In this document: in pieces, positions 42,357-53,260 of the stretch | Position numbering within the stretch: the stretch's first letter is position 1 | Layout: every line of letters starts with the position of its first letter | Assembly (NCBI GenBank): GCA_012295275.1 | Contig: CM022676.1 | Coordinates: forward strand, 15,934,001-15,998,000 | Direction: 5' to 3' | DNA from: Chrysomallon squamiferum | Lineage: Eukaryota; Animalia; Mollusca | Length of the DNA: 64,000 nt | Position numbers and translations under genes: made by a program | Notes under the pieces: generated by a model | Told to the model about the DNA's origin: nothing | Seen by the model: the letters and a program-made list of their open reading frames with translations, nothing else | Database searches by the model: none

Positions 42357-44911
42357 CATTCTCTCGAAAAGTATTTCACGGACACATCATCACTAATTTT
42401 CATTGACAGTAAAATCAAATAAATTACAATTATAAAACATATTCTTGTTCCCAAACTAAGTAAGAAAGTAAGTAAGTAATTATGTAAATAAATGAAGGAA
42501 TTACCGGCTAAATCCTAACATGTGACATAAAACAGAAGCATCTTTCTCATCAAAATCATCATCACAGATTGTTCCCCACGTCCCGTTTACTTGAATCTCA
42601 ACTCGACCTTGTGTTGGTTTTCCTCCTCCATTCACTAACCTTACAGGTACTGAAATAATAACATGTTATGTCTGATTTGTAAAAATAACAATGGTATGAT
42701 TTGTTTAATAAAACAAAACAGAACAAACAAAACATGTATAAACTTACATATGATTTTTCCCTCCTAAAAAAATTATGTTAGACATATTTGGTAATTAAAC
42801 GTACAGTTCGGTAAAATAAACATGTCGCTCTATCTCTAGTATTGCTATAAACATCGGCAACCAATGTTTATGATATTAATGTACTCAACGATTGAAATAT
42901 ATACAGATAAACCCGTGCACACATATATAACTTTTTAACTGTTAAGTAGCACTCTCCTTGTTTTACAATAGCTATGGTCAATAGTATAATAATTCAACAT
43001 TATATTGGCATAATAAATGAAATTGTCAAATAAATAATACGTTCTGAAATACAGGCGTTTTGTGACAATAGCTCTATTCCAAAATTATAATATGTTTAAA
43101 GATAGAACATTTAATAAGTGTCAGAGGCTGCCAGTGCAATTTTAGAAAGTTTATGTGAAGAAACTGATTTTGTGATAACAGACCAAACAGCACGTTGTTG
43201 GTGTCAGCGATTTGTGGATGAGAAGCAGAACTCTGGTCATTCATCTTAACTGTTTCCTGTAATGTGGCATTCCTGCTTAACAGAGTTCCACTAGACAATG
43301 GTCTGAATATCAGAATCCTAGATGTCACACAGGCATGTATCAGTAAGGTCAAACGTAAAACAACGAGCTATTCACAACATCATCAAGCAGATAAAACAAA
43401 ATTCTGACAAACAGAGACTGGAATAAGTCATTTCGAAACTGATGCTTACATTTCTGCTAAATATACTAAGTCTGCTAGTTTAAAGGATAAATAATGCAGT
43501 CGAGTGACACTGACATGACTCAGGGTTCTATATCATCTTGATTATGTTTCCTCATTAACAGAAACATTCCAACACAGCACTAAACCGTTAGCCTGGATTA
43601 TGTGACGTATTCCATATCCTGATTTCATCAGGATATTAGATAGTTACTAATCTTCATTTAATTTAAATTGTATGCTACTGATCCAATTTCGACAACTATC
43701 ATATTACATACAAACTGAGACAAGAAAGAAGCCAATGGATGTTCATAAGCTGTTGTTTAAATTCATATCATTATAAACATTTCAATAAACTAGATACGAT
43801 AATGTATCTGTGAAGTCATTTATCGAAACTGATACAGAGATGCTGTGTTATCCTCAGAATCTGTGTCAACAGAACAACTAAAATGAGGTATCATAATATC
43901 TGCTAGGCCATCAATATCACAAATGGAGAACAGCTCCGGTTCGTGCCACGATGCTTGGGAAGGTTATTTGAAGGATTCAATCACAAAATGGAAATATCCA
44001 GTGAGAAAGTGGAAAAATACAGTGTCAGTTCTAACACAGACCAGTGTACATAGAAGTAAGTTAGGCGAGCGACTCTTCACTCTCAGTCTCTAAGTCCATT
44101 GACATGTTCTGACTGAAGTAAGACTGTAGAGAACTTCCAGTCAATATTTAATTTTAGAATTTTTGATAACACTAATTTCAGAGTTTATCATAACGCTAGC
44201 CTTCTTCAATAACTTGATCAAGAACTATTAAAATAAATTAAGACCCGCAAAATGTATATAGAAATTCAAATATAATACGGATAAAATGTTATCTATAAAT
44301 CATGGAAACGCTTACTTTCCTCAGCAGTGTATTGAATTTTATCTCATCACAAAAGCAGATTTAATATCCCTAAATAAATGTTATGATGTGTTAAATATAT
44401 ATAACACGGCCAGTCACTCTTTAATTTTGCTGTTTCGTACTTTGCGGTTTCGGATGATTCTATAAATACAACCATTGTAGATTAATGTTAATTATGTTCC
44501 AGCCTTTTTTTTTTTTTTTCTTATTTTGTGATATAGTTCCATAAAGCTCTTTTCGTTTTCTATCTATAACAATGTGCGTGTAATGGTACTCAAACGATAC
44601 TGGCGTAACCTGTATTGAAAGTGAATGTGTGTTTTTTGTGTAGGTCAGATATAATCAGTCTGTCACTGTTAAGTGAGATACCATGAAGTATAACCGGGTG
44701 TTACTTTCACTTGCTAGCAGATCATGAAGTAGGTAGTATTCGACGCTAGCGGGTTACTTGGTTTGGATCCTCTAGTAAATATTATCGACACACAAAAATA
44801 GTAAACGGATATCTTTTGGTAGCAAATGTTACTATTAAATAAAGAAAACTTTTATATGGGAATAAAAAAAAAATGTAAATAAAAAAAGATATATACACAT
44901 ATAAAAATAAA

Positions 44912-44986
<75 letters not shown>

Positions 44987-46535
44987 TAATGGTTTATCAC
45001 TGTTTTAGGAATCACTAAGGAGCGCTTTCAAATCGGACCTACACTATAACCCTGTCTATGCACATACATTAGTAAAACAAAATTCACACAACAGTCAAAC
45101 CCTTCATATTGTCTTATTCTGATATCAAAGAGAATCTCATCACAAATGGATAACACATCAATTAAAATAACAGATACAAGTCTGATTAACATAAAGCTTC
45201 AGATTTTTATTTTTATTTTTCTTACTTCTCCTAGATTGGTCACTTTTAGTCTGTTCACTAAATGTTTTGTTATCATTAATTTTACTAATTCTACATGTCA
45301 CTACTTACAACGATTCAAACAGCTGATGCCCACGTCTTGCTTATGACTACAGTTGTTTTCACCCCAAGTAGAGTATGAACAATAGTCTACACTTTCTTCA
45401 TCTCCATTACAGTCAAGTCCATCAAGCCAAATAGGTCCACTGCCTTGTCCAAACTGAGATGCTGGGTAAAATTTTGCTTCGAAACTGAAAACACGTTTAA
45501 TAATAAGACTAATAATAATAATATTAATAAAAATACAATACAGAATAATAAGACTTATTCCTCATGTTGCTGTTGGACTATCCTGTAAAAATGAAAAACA
45601 AATAAAAAAATGTGACGAAGAAACGAAAGCAATAATTTATAGCTAGATCATTTTCTGTAAATTTTTTGATTATACGTTTTACAAATAATTCATTAGTACT
45701 TATATTTCACAATTCGATTCTTCTTGAATCTGTATTTTTTCATCAATAATGTATTAATAAAGCGTACACTAATTTTAGGGTTAAAACATTTTACTAAATT
45801 ATTATTTCTATTATTGTACAATAATCAATACTATTTTAATGGTGTCAAAATAGTATTGACAATACATTTTTACAAAGTCACCTTTTACTTGTAATATCCA
45901 GAAGCCAGATTTTTTTTCTTTTTTTTTCTGGTAAATATGTTTATAAAAAAAAATAAAAATAAATAAAGACAAATAATAATAACAATAATAGGTTGTTATA
46001 TATATATATATATATATATAAGGTACAAAATCAGAACAGGCAAAATACTGAATTAAGAAATCAGAATTTTATATAAATGTGAACATGTCGCTGCATCGAA
46101 AGCTGTAACAACATAAAATATATTTTGAAGATATAACGTTGCTAGATATAAATAAATAGTTTTAAAGAAAATATTTATTTACCGACTAAAGCCCATCATC
46201 ATTACAGATTGCAACAGCATCTCTGTCATCAAAATCATTATCACAGACAGTTCCCCATGTCCCGTTGTTTTCTATTTCAAGTCTGCCTCGTGTTGCAATT
46301 CCTCCTCCATTGGCCAATCGAACAGAAACTGAAGTCAGTTGAAGAAACGATCACATCACAAACTATTTTCAAAATTTCATTTGTTTTATTTAACGGTCCG
46401 GTTCCAAATTAATTTTCGCTTCATAGATCTACGTAAATAATATTACCAAGCCATATGACTTCATCATCGAGCTATATAATTAGCAATACATTTTTACAAA
46501 GTCAACTTTTACTTGTAATACCCAGAAGCCAGATA

Positions 46536-46566
<31 letters not shown>

Positions 46567-46617
46567 CTGGTTAATATATTTATAAAAAAAATTATAATAA
46601 TAATAATAATAATAATG

Positions 46618-46693
<76 letters not shown>

Positions 46694-46798
46694 CAATAAT
46701 AGTAAATAAATAAAAAACAAAATAAATTAATTAATTAAGTATTAACAACAACAACAACAACAACAACGATAATAATAATAATAATAACAATAACAATT

Positions 46799-46863
<65 letters not shown>

Positions 46864-47706
46864 TGTGGCGTTATTTTATAAATCAAAGAATGTAAAAGGT
46901 ACAGCCGATACTTTTCACGCTAAGTGCTTCTTCCATTTCACATTTAATGCTAAATGTTTTGTTCTTAAAATTGTACAGAAAACAATAAACCACAATAAGA
47001 AAACAAACAACATACTCTGAGGCAAGCAACTTATTCCCAAATCCTGTTTATGACTACAGTTGTCTTTTTTACCCCAGTCATAGAAAGAACAGTGATTCAC
47101 TCCATTTTCATCTTGAACACAGTTAACACCATCAACCCACACTGGTCCTGTTCCTTCTCCAAAGTGAGCATTCTTATACGTCTTTGCGTTGAATCTAGGA
47201 TTTACAAATCACAAACTGAACTGATTGATCTTGGTTAGTAGAACTATTGATCAACCTGTACTACGTGATCATCCAGATTTTATCTGATTTTGTATAGCGC
47301 AAATAGAAAAGAACTCATATTTTACAACTGTTTATAAACAGAACAATGTAATTCAAGGTAAAAATTTTCTTACTGACTGAACCCTAAAAGTGTACAGAAA
47401 AAGCCTGCATTTTTGTCGTCAAATTTGTCACCACAGACAGTTCCCCATGTATCGTTAAGTTTGATCTCAACTCGACCCTGTGTTGAAATACCTCCACCAT
47501 TGACTAGCCTGAGAGACACTGAAAACATAAAAAAAATAATATAAAATTCCAAATTTACCTTTCAGTTTACATATGCTATATTTACAATACCATGAAGATA
47601 TTGGATTTCTTCAAATTTCATTACAGTCAAACATGCAGTTGTGGTCTTCTGTTGGTTGACATTACCGTCTGAAGGAAGGCTGGTGTTTAAAATTATTAAA
47701 CAGTCC

Positions 47707-47748
<42 letters not shown>

Positions 47749-47749
47749 G

Positions 47750-47781
<32 letters not shown>

Positions 47782-48869
47782 GTTCTTTCTTTGTTTCTTT
47801 TCAGTAACTTTCCATGTTTACTTCTACTTTAGAAAATCGATTTTGTAGTATCAATTAATACTCTTGTAACTCTATTTCTTCTGAAGACTTCGCACAAGCT
47901 GTTTCGTTCCCCACCGACTTTATTTTCCTATTTATATGGAAGTCAACAAGAATAATCTGCACAGTTTCACTAATGAGTTTCCTCTGTTATAACCATCTGA
48001 TGTCTATAATAAGTCTTACATGAATTACAAATGATCAAACAGACAAACAAGGAAACCAATAAACAAACAACAAGCAAACAAACAAACAAACATGTAAACT
48101 AACTAATAAATACAAAACTATTGCATCATTAATATATCACAATTCAATTTAGATTATTTTAAAGCCGGCTTGTTAGTTAACTCTCGTACTCAATCCTGAT
48201 ATTAGTTTCTTTGTTTCATTTTATTACTAAAGACAAATAAAGATAGATACACTCTTCAGTACAACACTATTAAATACACGGATTAAAATGTTGATGCCAA
48301 CAAGTTAAAATACTTTGTTAAAATACTCTGTTACTGATACACAAGAAATAAAATAAAATAAGTAACACGTGTAAACTGACATTGACAGGTGATACCAGCA
48401 TCCTCTGAGTGATCACAGTTGTGTTTCCCCCATCCAGGAAATGAACACTTTTCAACACTCTCTTCATCTCCATCACATCCCAGATTATCAAGCCATATTT
48501 GTCCAGTTCCTTCTCCAAATTGAGCAAAAGGATACGATGTTGCATTAAAACTTCAAAAGAAATGAATATTATGTACAGTGAAATGAATATTATAGAACAT
48601 CGTTTATTAAACACCTTGAACAGATCTCATTTTAATCTCAATATTATAGAAGAAAGTAATTACTTTCTAAGTGATTCCAGCAATGTTTAATACAAGAATG
48701 TGTTGATACTGAAAAGATAGTTTAAATATCCTAAGTGAAATGTGATTTTTCATCATCATAACTGCTATTCTTTTTTTTTTCCTTCTTCTTCTTCTTCTTT
48801 TATTATTATTATTATTATTACTATTATTATTATTATTGTTATTATTATTGTTATTGTTATTGGTATTAC

Positions 48870-48908
<39 letters not shown>

Positions 48909-49532
48909 ATGAGTAATACAATGAATAAAAAGTAAGTATAATAAATATTATGGAATATTCTGTGGAAAAGTGTTCAACACACTGGCATTTAGTTCCAAGG
49001 TTTTTCAGAATAATATACTTATTTTCTAAATTATTTCAAAACAATTTTAGTGAACAATGTTTGTTACAATAATACCTTTAACATAGTGTAAATATAATCA
49101 ACATCATTATTTACATTTTACTACTACTCCGACTAATAATAATAGTATTAATAATAATACTACGACTACTACAGTTATCATTATTTCTTATAAAAAAATA
49201 TTTGAAATGTTAAAAATCCCATCCAGAGGAATTCCTCGTGTAATGCATTTGAACAACAATTAATTATCTTCTGGTTGTGAACAAATTTGAATCTACTACA
49301 TCTGTAAAAAGACGTTTTTTTTTTGTTTGTTTTTTTGTTTCATTAAACAACGAAAATAAATAAATAAAAATATAATAAACAAAGTACCGACTAAATCCTA
49401 ACATGTGACATAAGACAGAAGCATCTTTCTCATCAAAATCATCATCACAGATTGTTCCCCACGTCCCGTTTACTTGAATCTCAACTCGACCTTGTGCTGG
49501 TTTTCCTCTTCCATTCACTAACCTTACGGGTA
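33770..49532 (-). CDS. Multi-exon gene for an SRCR x4 - Ig x2 - FN3 - TM - Tyr-motif-tail receptor (~810 aa without leader); frameshifted in SRCR3 in this sequence
   Basis: 16 exons with GT-AG borders, listed separately. Phases are compatible except for the SRCR3 +1 lesion and one unresolved tail exon. Start codon not located. Confidence 0.85.
34427..34479 (-). CDS. Receptor cytoplasmic exon [17 protein letters not shown] (ITIM-like SIYENV)
   Basis: Acceptor aatcacag, donor cagg|gtaagt, 53 nt, phase 2 to 1. Confidence 0.8.
34782..36266 (+). mobile_element. Full-length degenerate Tc1-like transposon in a receptor intron, antisense to the gene
   Basis: TIRs tactctccgaaaaaagaaacgcaaaa / ttttgcgtttcttttttgttagaata flanked by TA. 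Transposase runs from ATG 35100 ([19 protein letters not shown]) to TGA 36104-36106 with frameshifts and stops. The catalytic Glu motif is altered ([11 protein letters not shown]). Confidence 0.93.
36767..36792 (-). CDS. Receptor cytoplasmic micro-exon (R)GSITNESN
   Basis: Acceptor cacagttcag, donor aacc|gtaagc, 26 nt, phase 2 to 1. Confidence 0.55.
37005..37038 (-). CDS. Receptor cytoplasmic exon (R)[10 protein letters not shown]
   Basis: Acceptor ttgttttcag, donor aag|gtaata, 34 nt, phase 1 to 2. Confidence 0.8.
37404..37517 (-). CDS. Receptor transmembrane exon [38 protein letters not shown]
   Basis: Hydrophobic helix followed by basic RRLK stop-transfer. Acceptor gtttcag, donor a|gttcgt, 114 nt, phase 1-1. 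Confidence 0.9.
38422..38721 (-). CDS. Fibronectin type III exon
   Basis: PPRIPSHL...[23 protein letters not shown]...[18 protein letters not shown]; 300 nt, phase 1-1, donor cag|gtacct. Confidence 0.92.
38910..39188 (-). CDS. Ig-like domain 2 exon
   Basis: [19 protein letters not shown]...[13 protein letters not shown] (DxGxYxC); 279 nt, phase 1-1. Confidence 0.92.
39506..39981 (+). mobile_element. Internally deleted Tigger/pogo-like element retaining the transposase N-terminal HTH
   Basis: TIRs agtggaaactcgggttacgaac / gttcgtaacccgatgttccactg|ta. A 59-aa ORF at 39787-39966, MRKKTKRE...[28 protein letters not shown], resembles the CENP-B/pogo HTH_psq. Confidence 0.85.
40718..40972 (-). CDS. 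Ig-like domain 1 exon
   Basis: [25 protein letters not shown]...[22 protein letters not shown]; 255 nt, phase 1-1, donor t|gtaagt. Confidence 0.9.
41791..41960 (-). CDS. SRCR4 exon b
   Basis: [56 protein letters not shown]; 170 nt, phase 2 to 1. Confidence 0.93.
42505..42649 (-). CDS. SRCR4 exon a
   Basis: [47 protein letters not shown]; 145 nt, phase 1 to 2. Confidence 0.93.
43100..44270 (-). mobile_element. Heavily decayed L2/CR1-like LINE ORF2 fragment in an intron
   Basis: [10 protein letters not shown] and [12 protein letters not shown] resemble the LVHAFVTSRLDY and HITPILxxLHWLP motifs C-terminal to L2/CR1 RT. Locally higher GC. Boundaries approximate. Confidence 0.55.
45309..45484 (-). 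CDS. SRCR3 exon b
   Basis: [58 protein letters not shown]; 176 nt, donor t|gtaagt. Confidence 0.93.
46183..46328 (-). CDS. SRCR3 exon a with a +1 frameshift
   Basis: [41 protein letters not shown]. It is 146 nt versus 145 nt in the three paralogous exons and reads into TAG at 46188-46186. Confidence 0.9.
47016..47194 (-). CDS. SRCR2 exon b
   Basis: [59 protein letters not shown]; 179 nt. Confidence 0.93.
47374..47518 (-). CDS. SRCR2 exon a
   Basis: [47 protein letters not shown]; 145 nt. Confidence 0.93.
48381..48550 (-). CDS. SRCR1 exon b
   Basis: [56 protein letters not shown]; 170 nt. Confidence 0.93.
49388..49532 (-). CDS. SRCR1 exon a
   Basis: [47 protein letters not shown]; 145 nt, phase 1 to 2. 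Confidence 0.93.
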
Positions 49533-49752
49533 CTGAAATAATAACAGGTTTATATATGATCAGTCAATTATAATAGTGCTAGTTATTCAGAAAGAAAACA
49601 GTATATCCTGAACTATGCTAATTTTCATTTACAAAGATATTTGTTAGTGTATAATACAGATACCATCATATCTTGGCGTTGTTGTAGATACCAACATCGA
49701 ACATTTGTGTCATAAACAAGGATTTTTATTATAGTTATTTTAATGAAACCAC

Positions 49753-49799
<47 letters not shown>

Positions 49800-50658
49800 T
49801 GATGATGAAATACTGAAAGGTTTCAATATGAACTGACACAGCCATGGTTAATATATAATTAATGAAATAATAATTCACACCGATGCGTTTATTCCATATT
49901 ACAAAATATTTCTTAAAGCCTAAGTTCTGTGCTTAAAATACGTACGGTTTTCTTCTTTGTTTTTTGTTTTTTTCAATATTTTAATTTAGCAAATTCAAAG
50001 TCACGACAGAAAATAGTGATAAAGCTATTTACTTTTTCAGAAATAACAATCCGCATTTATTATTGTAATACTGCACATATTTGGAAATTGTTATGTTGAA
50101 CCGGATCAGATAATTCAACTATATAATTGGATTAATTAATTATAATTCAGTTGTCTATGATTTAAGATTGGTTTTATTAGTTCTTGAATGAACACAGTAT
50201 AAGTCGTTTGGAGTAATAATTTTTATATGATAGAAATAAAAGTCTTTTTTTTTTGTTTTATTTTTATTTTATTTTTAAGAATAAATATTATGCATAATTG
50301 ACAATTCTAATGATTAACAGGACCACACAATTCAACTTTAGATGTGCACTAATTAAAAGTTATTAATGTGTTTATTATTTAATTTTAGCTTTATCACTGC
50401 TTGAATAAACACAGAATATAAAGCATTTTAACTAAGACATGTTTTTTTTTTTTTTTTTACTCTAAAATATCTCTTCACTGACAAGCGATCTCAGTTTAAT
50501 CAGCAGCAGCTGGAAACAAACAGTTCAGTTGAAAATTAAACTTTTCAGTGACTCAGTTAGGATCAGTTTCAGACTGGAAACGTAAAGAGGTCTTAAATTT
50601 AGATAAATAAAAACAATATATATATAAAAATGATAAAGCCGAATTTTGTATCACATAC

Positions 50659-50676
50659 AAAAACAGCGCAGAAGAC
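50659..50676 (-). CDS. Candidate 18-nt micro-exon (x)LLRCF, possibly the second half of the receptor signal peptide
   Basis: Strong acceptor tttcagtgtttcaatttccag and donor t|gtatgt. Phase 1-1 is compatible with SRCR1a. Confidence 0.4.
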
Positions 50677-51439
50677 CTGGAAATTGAAACACTGAAACGT
50701 TTTAATCACACAATATCAACACGGTCATACAACACGTCACACTGAATATTTAAAATTCAAAATAAATTCAAATTAAACTAAAACCTTTTTTTTTTTTTTA
50801 AATTAACGGACAAAATACTATATATATATATTTGTATGTTTATGCATATATATATATATATATGTATGTGTTGAGACAGGAATCACACTTTTAAACACCT
50901 TGGATGTTTTATTAAAGGTTCAGTCTAAGATAACATGATGATTTAACAAAGGAATACAAACGCTAAATTGTCAACCCAACTTATATAAATCAATAAGTAT
51001 ATCTATCCACTAGAGAAATAAACACAACACAAGTTAATTTTCACGTTAATTATTTAATTATGATATGCAGGTGTCTTGATATGTACACAGTACACAATCA
51101 TAAAAGCATATGTTTAAGTAATTTTGATTAATGATACAGTAAAAAGGTTATATGGTGAACCAAGACAAAATAAAGAATCTGCACCGGAACACAATAAGAC
51201 GTTAAAATTTATTTTATAATTAAAGTTATTATTGTACAAGTTAACTGCACATTACAGCCTATCAAAATAATAATAGACTATTCTTGCCACTCTTTCGTAG
51301 AAGACAATGTCATTAAAAAAATTTGACGTGTAGATATGAATGTCTATACGGATGTCAATGGTAATTAATAAATACAAAATATTTAAATTATTATTTTCAT
51401 TATTCATCTTCAGTTATTGTAGACATTACTCAACATCAT

Positions 51440-53260
51440 TTATCGTCGTTGAACACTTTAAATGAAAACTTTCTGTTTGAAGTTGTATTGTTTTTTTTCT
51501 CGTTTGCTCGTGAGAACGTGATCAAAGTCACATAGGTTACAAGTTACGGTTCTTGGGTTTTCAGGTGTCACTTTACAGAGATGAAAGTCAGATACAAAGT
51601 ACAAAGAAGCCGTGCTACTTGTTACGGGTAAATAAACATACTGATACTGCTTAATTGTTTGAGGTTGTTGTATTTTATAACATTTAAAATGTTATTTTAT
51701 TATGTGGCTGTGTAATTTAATATGTACTATCAGAAACCAGTAAGAAAGAACCAACTAGAGGACCACATGTAATAATCTGAAGTATAAATCAAAGAATTCG
51801 GCATACACACACAAATATATATATACCCCCCAAAAAAAAAAAAATCTATAATTTCATGATTTTAGTTTTTGACAGTATTGCAGCTAGTGCATTTCTTTAT
51901 TCTTTAATCTCTAAAAGTGTGTGAAAATGGACATTGTATGGTCAGCATGTCCATTTTACGTGCATTTCACTATTAAACTTCAAATATTACATCTTGCGTT
52001 GTAGGTAACACCTTGAACTTTAATTAAAGTCATTTCAAGCTCAAATAAAATGTGAAAATATTCCAAAATGTAGTTGGTACTTGCTAGTGGCTCATTTGGG
52101 ATCCTTACCAAATCATCTTTCTAATAAAACATTTTCATAAAAATGTTCCTACTTATTAGCAAACTACCAATCTAAAAATAGTCGCAATTATGCCCATTTG
52201 CGCTAAAATCCCAAAATTCGAGAGCGAATATTATTGAGCCTGTTGTACCAACATCATCTAACACACATACTTTCTGCTGTGAATGTTTTGTCGATGCAGA
52301 CTTATCCATTTTTCAATTCACGGTCCTCATAATTCAACACCTCACCGATTCACAGTTTTAATTATTATTATAACTATCGGTTATTTCTTTCTTAATAACT
52401 ATATATATATAAAAATAGTATGACATATCTGAAATGACGGTAGTAAATAAATCCACACATATGGAAAGAAAAACATTTCTTAATTAAAAACTGACTACGT
52501 CAGTCTGTCTCCAACAAACACAATTACTTTAATTCAGATCCTCGTTCCTAGTCTTATATACATTGCACTTTAACTGACGAAGTTTATTTCGTAATCGTAC
52601 GCATCTTTGTTCTTAGTACCTGGAATGGAACGTATGACAGATGAGGTAAAAAAGTATTGTTATCAAGAACAGTGAAAACAATCTTTTTTTGTAGAGTCTG
52701 TCTACCTGTCTTTCTATTCATCTGGATTTATATATCGATCTGTATTTATTTATTCCAAATCGTTTGCCATTACATATATTTGAGACACGTATATACCTCC
52801 GTGAATGTGTCTAAATGTGATTGCACGGGCGCATGTATTTCTGTGGTTCTGTTTGTGTGTGTCTGATTCTGTGAACAACGGTTCGTATGTCCGTGTGTTT
52901 AATTACAGATATTCTGTTCTGAATTTCTATACTGATTCAGTAATAAATTCTAATAAATTCTTCAGCGAATAAACATCTTTAATGTCTTAAATATTGTGCA
53001 CAGAGAAATACTTAATTTGTAACTATCAAAGAATCATGTTATTGATGATTTATCATCACAGGCACATTCCGAAGCTGTTATCAACATACATTAACCATTA
53101 AACAATTAATTAATTCCTTTTGAAGTAAATGGTAAATGTTTATTTGATCATCCCCAAAACTGTAGACAATTTGGAAATAAGGTTAATTTTGTTCTCACGT
53201 CCGTATGGTGTTACATCCTTCATACACACATTTCCTGTTACCCATCAAGCCACATATATC
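51440..53260 (+). repeat. Segmental duplication, direct paralog of 27640-30020
   Basis: Same collinear blocks as listed for 27640-30020. Confidence 0.85.

Noticed and set aside
49735-49845. MAVSVHIETFQYF(I)nVVSLK* as a microsatellite-derived signal peptide for the receptor
   Set aside because: It ends in TAA with no convincing phase-1 donor, and the hydrophobicity comes only from (ATT)n.
50679-50698. ISRE-like gaaattgaaacactgaaac upstream of the receptor
   Set aside because: On the gene strand it is the pyrimidine tract of a candidate acceptor, and such motifs are frequent in AT-rich DNA.
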